Shown here in pieces: positions 45,666-53,618 of a stretch of 64,000 nucleotides of DNA. The notes beneath the pieces were generated by a model. That model was not told where the DNA came from and searched no databases. It saw only the letters and a list, made by a program, of their open reading frames with translations. Position numbers and translations under genes: made by a program. Origin of the DNA: Syntrophales bacterium (GTDB lineage Bacteria > Desulfobacterota > Syntrophia > Syntrophales > UBA8958); NCBI GenBank assembly GCA_026416455.1, contig JAOAFE010000009.1, forward strand, positions 6,460 through 70,459. Direction: 5' to 3'. The stretch's first letter is position 1. Each line of letters opens with the position of its first letter.

Positions 45666-47423
45666 TCAATTTTCCCGGTGGGGAATATTCGTACCCCTGG
45701 GTGTGTAATGGGTATGGAGAAGTTTATGCGATTTGTGGCCCAACGGCTCATGGAGAAAATTCTTGTACAGTTTTATCACCGAGGGATTCTCGTGCGATTG
45801 CCTTATCTTCTGCACTTGAGAATCGTCGACGTAAAGGGCGCCGGCCCGTTTGGCCCTTGTTTCCATGGTTGTTGGAATCGGCTCACCGCCGCCACCCACG
45901 CAACCGCCGGGACAACACATGACTTCTATAAAGGTGTAGTCGGCTTTCCCTTCCCTTATAAGGTCCATAAGTTTTCTTGCATTTCCCAAACCGTGGGCGA
46001 CAGCGACTTTTACCCGGCCGATGGGGGGGATGTCCAAGCTAGCTTCCTTCACCCCTTCTAGGCCCCGTACGGGCATAATGTCCAAAGAAGGCATGATCTT
46101 GCCGGTGATGATGTAATAGGCCGAGCGCAGAGCGGCCTCCATTACCCCGCCTGTAGCTCCAAAAATCGTTCCGGCTCCCGTGTACTCTCCCATGGGTGCA
46201 TCGGGTTCCTCGTCCGGGAGGTTCGTGAAATCAATGCCCGCTTCTCTAATCATGCGGGCCAATTCGCGGGTGGTAAGGACAAAGTCTACATCCCGAAAAC
46301 CGCTATCTTTCATTTCTGGTCTTTGGGCCTCAAATTTTTTCGCCGTACAAGGCATGATAGAGACCACGACAATATTGGCCGGATCAATACCGGCGAACTC
46401 GGCATAGTAGGTTTTAGCTAAGGCACCGAACATCTGTTGTGGTGATTTGCAGGTAGAAAGATGATCCAACAGGTCAGGGTAAAAGTGTTCGCAGAATTTG
46501 ATCCAACCGGGGCTACAAGAGGTAATCATAGGAAGTTTACCCCCTTCCTTTACCCTCTTGACCAGTTCATTGCCCTCTTCGACTATGGTTAGATCGGCAG
46601 TAAAGTTCGTGTCGAATACCTTATCAAATCCGAGCCGCCGGAGGGCAGCTATCATTTTCCCTGTGACGAGGGTACCGGGCGGCAAACCGAACTCCTCCCC
46701 TAAGGCGGCTCGAATTGCCGGTGCCTCCTGAACTACAACATGTTTAGTGGGGTCTTCGAGAGCTTCCCATACTTTTTCTACGTCGTCTTTCTCGTAAAGG
46801 GCACCCACGGGACAGGCGAGAATGCACTGACCACAGGCGACACAATTCGTCTCCGCCAGAGGGAGGTCAAAGGCCGGCACGACCCTCATTTCACTTCCTC
46901 TCCAGGCAGGGGTCAAAACACTCACCGTCTGCACGTTTTCGCAGACTGTGACACAGCGCATACATCCTATACACTTCCTTCCATCCCGGACGACGGAAGG
47001 ACTGGAACGATCAATCATGCCCTCCTCGGGAAACTCAGTGCGCGAGAATCTCACTTCTTTTACGCCCACTTGTTCAGCTACTCGCTGGAGTTCACAGATC
47101 CCGTTACGCACACAGTAAGTACATTCTTGGGGATGGTCAGCGAGGAGGAGTTCTACCACCAAGCGTCGAGCCTTTCTTACCCTTTCCGATTTGGTATGAA
47201 TTTTCATTCCATCGGCAACGGGGAAAACACAAGAGGCGACCAAGTTCCTTTGACCCTCAACTTCTGCCACACAGACGCGGCATTGACCGGGCGTATGCCC
47301 CCCTTCAAACCAGGCACACAGGGTTGGAATGTTTATTCCTGCCTTCTTGGCAGCTTCGTAAACGGTAGTACCGCTTTCTACTTCTACTTTTATATCGTCT
47401 ATGGTTACGGTCACTAAAGCCAT
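45666..47423 (-). CDS. hydA: [FeFe]-hydrogenase catalytic subunit (HydA, CpI-like M3 architecture)
   Basis: Start at MALVTVTIDD (GGAGGA Shine-Dalgarno 6 nt upstream). N-terminal 2Fe-2S domain, HPQECTYC His-ligated cluster, two ferredoxin CxxCxxCxxxCP motifs. H-cluster motifs are TSCSPGW (L1 variant), MPCTAKKFE (L2) and EVMCCPGGCVGGGGEP (L3). Confidence 0.85.
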   Translation of the reverse strand: MALVTVTIDDIKVEVESGTTVYEAAKKAGINIPTLCAWFEGGHTPGQCRVCVAEVEGQRNLVASCVFPVADGMKIHTKSERVRKARRLVVELLLADHPQECTYCVRNGICELQRVAEQVGVKEVRFSRTEFPEEGMIDRSSPSVVRDGRKCIGCMRCVTVCENVQTVSVLTPAWRGSEMRVVPAFDLPLAETNCVACGQCILACPVGALYEKDDVEKVWEALEDPTKHVVVQEAPAIRAALGEEFGLPPGTLVTGKMIAALRRLGFDKVFDTNFTADLTIVEEGNELVKRVKEGGKLPMITSCSPGWIKFCEHFYPDLLDHLSTCKSPQQMFGALAKTYYAEFAGIDPANIVVVSIMPCTAKKFEAQRPEMKDSGFRDVDFVLTTRELARMIREAGIDFTNLPDEEPDAPMGEYTGAGTIFGATGGVMEAALRSAYYIITGKIMPSLDIMPVRGLEGVKEASLDIPPIGRVKVAVAHGLGNARKLMDLIREGKADYTFIEVMCCPGGCVGGGGEPIPTTMETRAKRAGALYVDDSQVQKIRQSHENPSVIKLYKNFLHEPLGHKSHKLLHTHYTPRGTNIPHREN

Positions 47424-47448
47424 TTTTTCCTCCATTACTTGACTTAAT

Positions 47449-50400
47449 TTATATTTCCGCATCACACCTGAGGCAACGGCATGCCTCCCGGTATGCCTCA
47501 TCTTTGGTAAAACCAAGCTCCACTTCTGCAAAGCTGAGAATTCTCTCCGCTCCGTGAAGTTCTGGCATGGCTGCCTGCGGTGATTCTACTGTTTCCTCAT
47601 CGATGATGAGAGGTACTTCTATTTTTTCTTCCGGTGGCTCTTCGTAAGGCGGCTCACCATTAGCCAGCCGTATGGCCTCATCTATGTCTTTTGCCGCTTG
47701 ATGACCGGCAGCAATGGCGGCAATTACCGTATCTGGTCCCGTCACTACATCACCCCCTGCATAGATACGTGCATTGTGTGTTCGCGATCTACTGCCCGGT
47801 GCTAGATCCACACACTCCCAACGGTTAATCGAAACCCCACTTTCCTTAGGAATGAAGGATAAGTCAGGTGTTTGACTAATGGCGGAAATGACGGCGTCCA
47901 CAGGTAGGGTATATTCTGAACCTTTGATGGGCACTGGCCTTCGACGCCCACTGGAATCAAAATCGCCGAGGGACATCTTCTGACAAACGATGGCGGAGAC
48001 CTTACCGTCTTGCCCGATTATCTTTACTGGCGCCACCAGAAATTCAATCTTTACGCCTTCTTCCTCTGCTGCCTTGATTTCTTCCGGAGCAGCGGGCATA
48101 TCCTGTCTCTCGCGACGGTAAAGAATCGTAACCTCGGCTCCTAATCTAAGGGCGACACGGGCCGAATCGATAGCTGAATTGCCTCCACCGATAACCACAA
48201 CTTTCTTACCCAGCTGTTTTTTCCCTTTCACCCAAGCTTCCTCATTTAAGTTGAAATCGCGCAGGAATTCGACACTGCCGTATACGCCGTTTAAATCCTC
48301 CCCTTCTATGTTCATCCGTTGACTCTTATGGGCGCCGGTGGCTATGTATATGTAATCATAATCCGTGCTTAATTTTTCAAACGAAACGTCTTTACCCACC
48401 TTGGTATTGCACCTTATTTCTACCCCCGTCGCGCGAATTGCATCTATCTCCCGAGCCAGTACTTCCCGGGGTAGACGATAGGCAGGAATGGCCCAGCGCA
48501 GCATGCCGCCTGGCTCCGGCAGTTCTTCGTATACGGTGACTTTATATCCCCTTCTGGATAGGTCGTAAGCTGCCGTGAGGCCAGCGGGGCCCGCACCTAT
48601 CACGGCAATTTTTTCCTTTCTCGTTACCGGTACTGGCGCAACGGGCGGACGGGGGGCGTTATCGGTTATGTATCGTTTGAGGTACTTGATGGCTATCGCT
48701 TCGTCCAGCTTACCTCGACGGCACTTACTTTGACACTTGTGATCGCATACGCGACCGCAGACCGATGGGAAGGGATTGGTCTTTAGGAGGACTTTGTAAG
48801 CATCTTCTAAGCGGCCCACCCTGATCAGTGTAATATAAGACGGGATATCCATACCAATGGGACATGTATGTTGACAGGGTGATTTGAACAAAGCTGAGCA
48901 GACCGCTGCCCGGCATTTATGGTCTCTGATGTGTTCTTCGTATTCCTCTCTAAAATATCTAATCGTACTCAGAACAGGGTTAGGAGCCGTCTGTCCCAGA
49001 CCGCAAAGGGAGGCATCCTTGATAATCTTGGCGAGCTCTTCGAGGAGCTCAATATCCCCTTCCTTTCCCTTTCCTTGAGTAATGTTATTCAGAATTTCCA
49101 GCATGCGTTTGGTGCCTTCTCGGCAGGGTGTGCATTTCCCACATGACTCGTCTTGGCAGAATTCCATGAAAAACCTGGCCATATCGACGGCGCATGTGTC
49201 CTCGTTCATCACTATGAGCCCGCCCGAGCCCATGATGGCACCTAACTCCGTCACGTTTTCGTAGTCTATAGGCACGTTGAGATGCTGGATGGGGATGCAT
49301 CCTCCTGAAGGACCACCGAGTTGAGCGGCCTTGAATTTCTTCCCCTTTGGTATACCACCACCGATATCGTAAACGATGGTGCCTAAGGTAGTACCCATGG
49401 GCACTTCAACAAGTCCTACATTGTTGACATCTCCCGTCAGGGCGAACACTTTGGTGCCTTTGCTTCTTTCTGTACCGATGCTGGCAAACCAGTCGGCCCC
49501 GCGTAGTATAATCTGGGGTACGTTTGCGAAAGTCTCGACGTTATTCAGGATTGATGGCTTTTGCCACAGACCCGCTACGGCCGGAAAAGGCGGTCGAGGA
49601 CGAGGCATGCCACGCTTTCCTTCGATGGATGTCATGAGAGCCGTTTCCTCGCCGCAAACAAACGCACCGGCCCCCTGATAAATTTCTAAATCGAAATCGA
49701 ATCCCGTGCCTAAAATATCCTTGCCCAGAAGACCGTATTCTTTGGCCTGGGCGATGGCCACGGTGAGACGATGGATGGCCAGAGGATACTCAGCCCGGCA
49801 ATATATATAACCTTGATGCGAGCCGATGGCCTTGGCCGCAATCACCATTCCTTCAAGAACGGCATGGGGATCTGCTTCCAGAACGCTGCGGTCCATGAAG
49901 GCACCAGGATCGCCTTCATCGGCGTTGCAAATAACGTATTTTACATCCCCGGGCGAAGAAGCGGCGAATTTCCACTTAAGACCCGTCGGGAAGCCTGCTC
50001 CTCCTCTACCACGCAGACCGGATGCCATTATCTCGTTTATAATTTGTTCTGGTGTCATTTCCGTTAAGGCTTTGGCCATGCCTTGATAACCGTCACGGGC
50101 AATGTACTCGTCTATCTTCTCCGGATCGATCAGCCCACGATTGCGTAAAACCACCAGTTCTTGATGGGCAAAGAAAGGTATCTCCTGCATGGTAGGAATG
50201 GTCTTCTCAGTTGATGGTTCCCGATAGAGCAGACGTTCGAGAACACGCCCTTTGACGAGGTGCTCTTCGACCAATTCTGGAATATCCGAAGGCTTTACTA
50301 AGGTGTACATAATGCCTTCCGGGTAAACGACCATAATGGGTCCCATAGCGCAAAAGCCGTTACATCCCGTTTCGACAACTTTTATCTCTTCCGCGATTTT

Positions 50401-50505
50401 TCTTTTGTCCAGTTCGGCAAGTAGGGCCTTTTTAACTTCAAGGCTTCCCGAAGCGTGGCAACCCGTACCGCCGCAGATGAGTATATGTGAGCGAAATACT
50501 TTCAT
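47449..50505 (-). CDS. hydB: HydB/NuoF-like flavoprotein subunit fused to a GltD/NfnB-like NAD(P)H oxidoreductase module
   Basis: 1018 aa. Thioredoxin-like 2Fe-2S N-terminus (CGGTGC...CNGFC). NuoF core (GLRGRGGAGFPTG, ESCGKCTPCREG). Then CPIGMDIPSYI, VCGRVCDHKC, VIGAGPAGLTAA (FAD) and VVIGGGNSAIDSA (NADPH) of GltD/NfnB-type enzymes. AAGGAGGA Shine-Dalgarno. Confidence 0.85.
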   Translation of the reverse strand: MKVFRSHILICGGTGCHASGSLEVKKALLAELDKRKIAEEIKVVETGCNGFCAMGPIMVVYPEGIMYTLVKPSDIPELVEEHLVKGRVLERLLYREPSTEKTIPTMQEIPFFAHQELVVLRNRGLIDPEKIDEYIARDGYQGMAKALTEMTPEQIINEIMASGLRGRGGAGFPTGLKWKFAASSPGDVKYVICNADEGDPGAFMDRSVLEADPHAVLEGMVIAAKAIGSHQGYIYCRAEYPLAIHRLTVAIAQAKEYGLLGKDILGTGFDFDLEIYQGAGAFVCGEETALMTSIEGKRGMPRPRPPFPAVAGLWQKPSILNNVETFANVPQIILRGADWFASIGTERSKGTKVFALTGDVNNVGLVEVPMGTTLGTIVYDIGGGIPKGKKFKAAQLGGPSGGCIPIQHLNVPIDYENVTELGAIMGSGGLIVMNEDTCAVDMARFFMEFCQDESCGKCTPCREGTKRMLEILNNITQGKGKEGDIELLEELAKIIKDASLCGLGQTAPNPVLSTIRYFREEYEEHIRDHKCRAAVCSALFKSPCQHTCPIGMDIPSYITLIRVGRLEDAYKVLLKTNPFPSVCGRVCDHKCQSKCRRGKLDEAIAIKYLKRYITDNAPRPPVAPVPVTRKEKIAVIGAGPAGLTAAYDLSRRGYKVTVYEELPEPGGMLRWAIPAYRLPREVLAREIDAIRATGVEIRCNTKVGKDVSFEKLSTDYDYIYIATGAHKSQRMNIEGEDLNGVYGSVEFLRDFNLNEEAWVKGKKQLGKKVVVIGGGNSAIDSARVALRLGAEVTILYRRERQDMPAAPEEIKAAEEEGVKIEFLVAPVKIIGQDGKVSAIVCQKMSLGDFDSSGRRRPVPIKGSEYTLPVDAVISAISQTPDLSFIPKESGVSINRWECVDLAPGSRSRTHNARIYAGGDVVTGPDTVIAAIAAGHQAAKDIDEAIRLANGEPPYEEPPEEKIEVPLIIDEETVESPQAAMPELHGAERILSFAEVELGFTKDEAYREACRCLRCDAEI

Positions 50506-50529
50506 TTCGTACGTATTCCTCCTTACGTT

Positions 50530-50913
50530 CTATTTTGTTTTCTCTGCTCCCCGGGCCAGGACAAAGGGGGTCTGGATTTCCCCGGCGAGAATGTGCCTCT
50601 TGAAAACTTGTCTCATCTTATTCGGATTCATATATTCGTACTTTATGGGTTCTTGACCTGCGATCTCTACCGTGACAAGAGGTTCGCGACTGCATAGACC
50701 CATACAACCGGAAGTAGTAACCATTATATCTGTCGCCCCGGATTCTTCTATTTCTCTCATCAGGGCGTCGAGCACCTCTTTAGCGCCCGAGGCAATACCG
50801 CAGGTTCCCATATGGACCGTGACCTTCACCCTCTTTTGACCCTCTCGAAGTGACGTTTCCGCCATGACCCTTTCTTTGATCTTTTTTAAGTCTTCTATCG
50901 TTAATTTAGCCAT
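50530..50913 (-). CDS. thioredoxin-like [2Fe-2S] ferredoxin (HndB/HydD-like)
   Basis: 127 aa. VHMGTCGIASGA...SGCMGLCSREPLV cysteine pattern. Confidence 0.8.
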   Translation of the reverse strand: MAKLTIEDLKKIKERVMAETSLREGQKRVKVTVHMGTCGIASGAKEVLDALMREIEESGATDIMVTTSGCMGLCSREPLVTVEIAGQEPIKYEYMNPNKMRQVFKRHILAGEIQTPFVLARGAEKTK

Positions 50914-50931
50914 ATTTCTACCTCTCTCGGC

Positions 50932-51426
50932 TTACTGGTAATTATTTAGGGTTTCTTTTAATTTAGCCGGTTTCATGCGACCGTGAACGTCGTTATCGAT
51001 GACCACAACTGGTCCTAGACCGCAGGCTCCAAGGCATCTTACCGTCTCGTAGGTAAAGCGCCGGTCAACAGTTGTCTGACCCTCTTTTACTCCTAACGTC
51101 TTTTCCAGCATCTCGGCAATGGCTTTTCCACCCCTTACATAGCAGGCCGTACCAAGGCATACACGGATTGTATGTCTGCCCCGTGGGGTCATAGTGAAAA
51201 AAGAATAAAAGGTTACGACGCCGAAAACGCGACTAAATGGTAGATTTAGTCCGTTGGCGATTCTCTTCTGGACCGAGACAGGAAGATATTCAAGCACCAT
51301 CTGTGCCTCTTCTAAAACAGGGATGAGGCTTCCTGGTTTACTTTTGTAACGCTCGATAATCTCGTCCAGTTTTGCCACCTGTTCTGGTGTGAATTCTTTC
51401 AACAGTTCATCTCTTTCCTCTTTCAT
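50932..51426 (-). CDS. hydC: NuoE/HydC-like [2Fe-2S] subunit
   Basis: 164 aa. LIPVLEEAQ..., IRVCLGTACYVRG...VRCLGACGLGPVV NuoE cysteine motif. Confidence 0.9.
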   Translation of the reverse strand: MKEERDELLKEFTPEQVAKLDEIIERYKSKPGSLIPVLEEAQMVLEYLPVSVQKRIANGLNLPFSRVFGVVTFYSFFTMTPRGRHTIRVCLGTACYVRGGKAIAEMLEKTLGVKEGQTTVDRRFTYETVRCLGACGLGPVVVIDNDVHGRMKPAKLKETLNNYQ

Positions 51427-51458
51427 TTACACCTTTCCTCCTTCATATCAAAAAGAAG

Positions 51459-52007
51459 TCAAACTTCTGGGCTCAGCTCTTTTACGTGGGAGTTCACATA
51501 CTCCCGAATGAAATTCAAAATCTCCGGCTCGTTAAGGGGAAGTCCTTCCACCTCTTTTTCAATCTTCTCGGTATCCATTTCAAATGCCCCTTTCCCGCTT
51601 ATATGCCGGTAAATAAAACGGGTCGTGGGGCTGGCTATGATGAGAGCAGTTAAAGCTCCTCCTACATCGCCTAATGGCTGGCGGTCAAGATGTTTAAGTC
51701 CCATCCGGGCCGTAACTTTAGTTCCTTTACCCGGTTTCGATTCTAGGTGGAAGGAACCACCCGTCCTTTCTGCCGCTTCGGCCAGCATAGGGAGTCCCAG
51801 ACCGACCGATCTGACCTTTTTGGTCGTGTAGAAGGGATCAAGGGCCCTTTTTAGTTCTTTCTCTGTCATGCCGTAGCCATCGTCGGTGATTTCCATGACG
51901 AGGAAACCATTCGTCTCATCTTCTTTCACTTCAATCAATATGTTTTTGGCACCGGCACGAAGAGAATTTTCCCCGATATCCAATATATGGTGAGCCAGCT
52001 CAATCAT
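51459..52007 (-). CDS. stand-alone histidine-kinase-like ATPase (HATPase_c only)
   Basis: 182 aa. N-box ENSLRAGA, G1 DDGYGM, G2 GLGLPML. No HisKA/H-box. Confidence 0.7.
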   Translation of the reverse strand: MIELAHHILDIGENSLRAGAKNILIEVKEDETNGFLVMEITDDGYGMTEKELKRALDPFYTTKKVRSVGLGLPMLAEAAERTGGSFHLESKPGKGTKVTARMGLKHLDRQPLGDVGGALTALIIASPTTRFIYRHISGKGAFEMDTEKIEKEVEGLPLNEPEILNFIREYVNSHVKELSPEV

Positions 52008-52746
52008 ATCCTGACAGTACTAAACGTCCCTTCGCTTTATTGAATGCCATTTTGAATTCTTCGATCGTTGGCGATTTTACCAAAATCTCGGTTATGCCTT
52101 TTCCAATCTCCTTTATAAAATGGGCATCCGAGGTCTTTATCATAGGCATGCCAATTAAATCTGGGTATAGACGGCGAGCCTCTTCGATGGATAGGCGAGA
52201 TGATATTTCGACGGCATCGAACTGCATGTCCTGGGAAATAAAGCCTAGCTGGCTGATAACACTAAAACTTTCCCGATCAATGTGGGCAGCTAATGCCATT
52301 CCACCCGCTGTATGTATGGCATTTACGATATCTTTAAGAGGAAGGTCCGTCGAGCCAATGAGGAGCTGCTTGAGAAAACCCTCTACCTCGTCATTTTCAT
52401 TTACGATGGCTTGACATCCGAATCTTTGCTCGTCGTTTTCCCCTGGCAGATGACGATAAACCATCTCCTGAATGGGGATCAAATCATTTAAGTTGTCAAA
52501 GAGCGCTAACACATGGACTTCTTCTACCGTCGTTATCTCCATCCCCGGTATGATCTTTAATGGGGTTTGGCGCGCGGCCCTCTCCACAAAAGCCACGTTT
52601 TCTGCCGTATTATGATCACATATGGCGATGCAATCGAGACCTTTCTCCAAAGATGCGCGGACGATGGCTCGAGGGTACATATCGAGATCGCCACAGGGAG
52701 ACAGGCAGGTGTGGATATGAAGGTCACATCTGTATACCCGGAGCAT
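52000..52746 (-). CDS. PHP-domain phosphoesterase
   Basis: CDLHIHTCLSPCGD...AICDHN... metal-binding His/Asp pattern of PHP domains. 8-nt overlap with the downstream ATPase gene. Confidence 0.8.
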   Translation of the reverse strand: MLRVYRCDLHIHTCLSPCGDLDMYPRAIVRASLEKGLDCIAICDHNTAENVAFVERAARQTPLKIIPGMEITTVEEVHVLALFDNLNDLIPIQEMVYRHLPGENDEQRFGCQAIVNENDEVEGFLKQLLIGSTDLPLKDIVNAIHTAGGMALAAHIDRESFSVISQLGFISQDMQFDAVEISSRLSIEEARRLYPDLIGMPMIKTSDAHFIKEIGKGITEILVKSPTIEEFKMAFNKAKGRLVLSGYD

Positions 52747-52768
52747 CGAGATTCTTCCATTTCACCTC

Positions 52769-52798
52769 AAAAAAAAAAGACCATGTAATCATGGTCTT
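52769..52798 (-). terminator. intrinsic terminator inside the hydrogenase-linked gene string
   Basis: On the minus strand: AAGACCATG-atta-CATGGTCTT, with the stem's terminal TT running into a continuous T10 run. Starts 4 nt after the stop of the 52802..53158 gene. Confidence 0.7.
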
Positions 52799-52801
52799 GG
52801 T

Positions 52802-53158
52802 TTAGAAAAAAGTTATGCCCTTCGCCTTGGCGATCAATACGTATATTCTTCCCGCCAACTCAAAAGCTGGGAGGGAAGAAACATAAAGGGGAACACCAAC
52901 TTCGTTCGCCTTTTCAACTGTATCTTTCGCCGGCTCACACCTGTTTACTATGATAACCCCTGCCAAATCTTTTAGATCGGCGACGGCTATTATATTCTGA
53001 TGAGTTTGCCTTGTAATCCAAACTTGACCTTCTCGGGCGTTTCCCATCACATCGCTTAATAAATCACCCACATAACCGCCCCTTACCTCTCTATCCGCCT
53101 TATCTTCAGCCGCTCGGGCCTTTAAGTCAAGTTCTTTAGCAATTTCTTTAAGTTTCAT
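52802..53158 (-). CDS. DRTGG-domain protein
   Basis: 118 aa. GDLLSDVM...VWITRQTHQNIIAVA...GVIIVN...VPLYVS pattern as in the small DRTGG proteins found beside [FeFe]-hydrogenase operons (family call from memory). Confidence 0.6.
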   Translation of the reverse strand: MKLKEIAKELDLKARAAEDKADREVRGGYVGDLLSDVMGNAREGQVWITRQTHQNIIAVADLKDLAGVIIVNRCEPAKDTVEKANEVGVPLYVSSLPAFELAGRIYVLIAKAKGITFF

Positions 53159-53618
53159 GCTCTTTCTTTTCGTTTATTTTAACCACCATTTTTAGGTAGG
53201 TTCCCCGGCCCACTTCTGAGGTGATGTGAAAAATATCGGAATATGTATTGATGTTGAACAGGCCCATCCCTGCTCCAAAACCCATCTCCCTTATTTTTTC
53301 ATTGGCCGTTGAGTATCCCGCTTGCATAGCCAATTCGATGTCTTCGATCCCCGGTCCCACATCATTCGCCTCAACAACCACTTCTGCCGGTCTTACCACG
53401 ACTTTTATTTCCCCCTGAGTTGCGTAGGATACGATATTAATTTCCGATTCGTAAGCAACCAGGGCAGCACGTCTAACTACCTCCTTGGGTAAATTCAAGG
53501 ATTTCAAAATGGCTTTTATTTGACTTGATACCTGCCCTGCCGTTTCAAAATTGCCACCCTCTACGGGGAAAGAGTTTTGGTAGATTATTCCATCATCCTG
53601 TGGCACGATCGCTTTCAA
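53148..53618 (-). CDS. RsbW-like anti-sigma-factor-type serine kinase (HATPase_c_2)
   Basis: NDVGPGIEDIELAMQAGYST...GFGAGMGLFNINTYSD...SEVGRGTYL. The start is uncertain: the ORF-track ATG (53693) overlaps the upstream gene by 100 nt, and TTG 53618 or GTG 53606 give the usual ~150-aa size. Confidence 0.65.
   Translation of the reverse strand: MKAIVPQDDGIIYQNSFPVEGGNFETAGQVSSQIKAILKSLNLPKEVVRRAALVAYESEINIVSYATQGEIKVVVRPAEVVVEANDVGPGIEDIELAMQAGYSTANEKIREMGFGAGMGLFNINTYSDIFHITSEVGRGTYLKMVVKINEKKEHET

Noticed and set aside
46740-47417. A 225-aa plus-strand ORF antisense to hydA. Similar long antisense ORFs occur at 37029..37556, 61795..62340, 4572..5219, 57206..57649 and 39885..40388.
   Set aside because: Each lies fully inside a gene with unambiguous family motifs on the other strand. 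None has recognisable motifs or a Shine-Dalgarno. They are treated as shadow ORFs.
47424-47531. A 36-codon 5' extension of the hydA ORF (ORF-track start 47531) overlapping the end of the hydB fusion gene.
   Set aside because: The extension has no resemblance to hydrogenase N-termini. MALVTVTIDD at 47423 is the typical start of the 2Fe-2S domain and has a GGAGGA Shine-Dalgarno 6 nt upstream. The longer form would overlap hydB by 83 nt.
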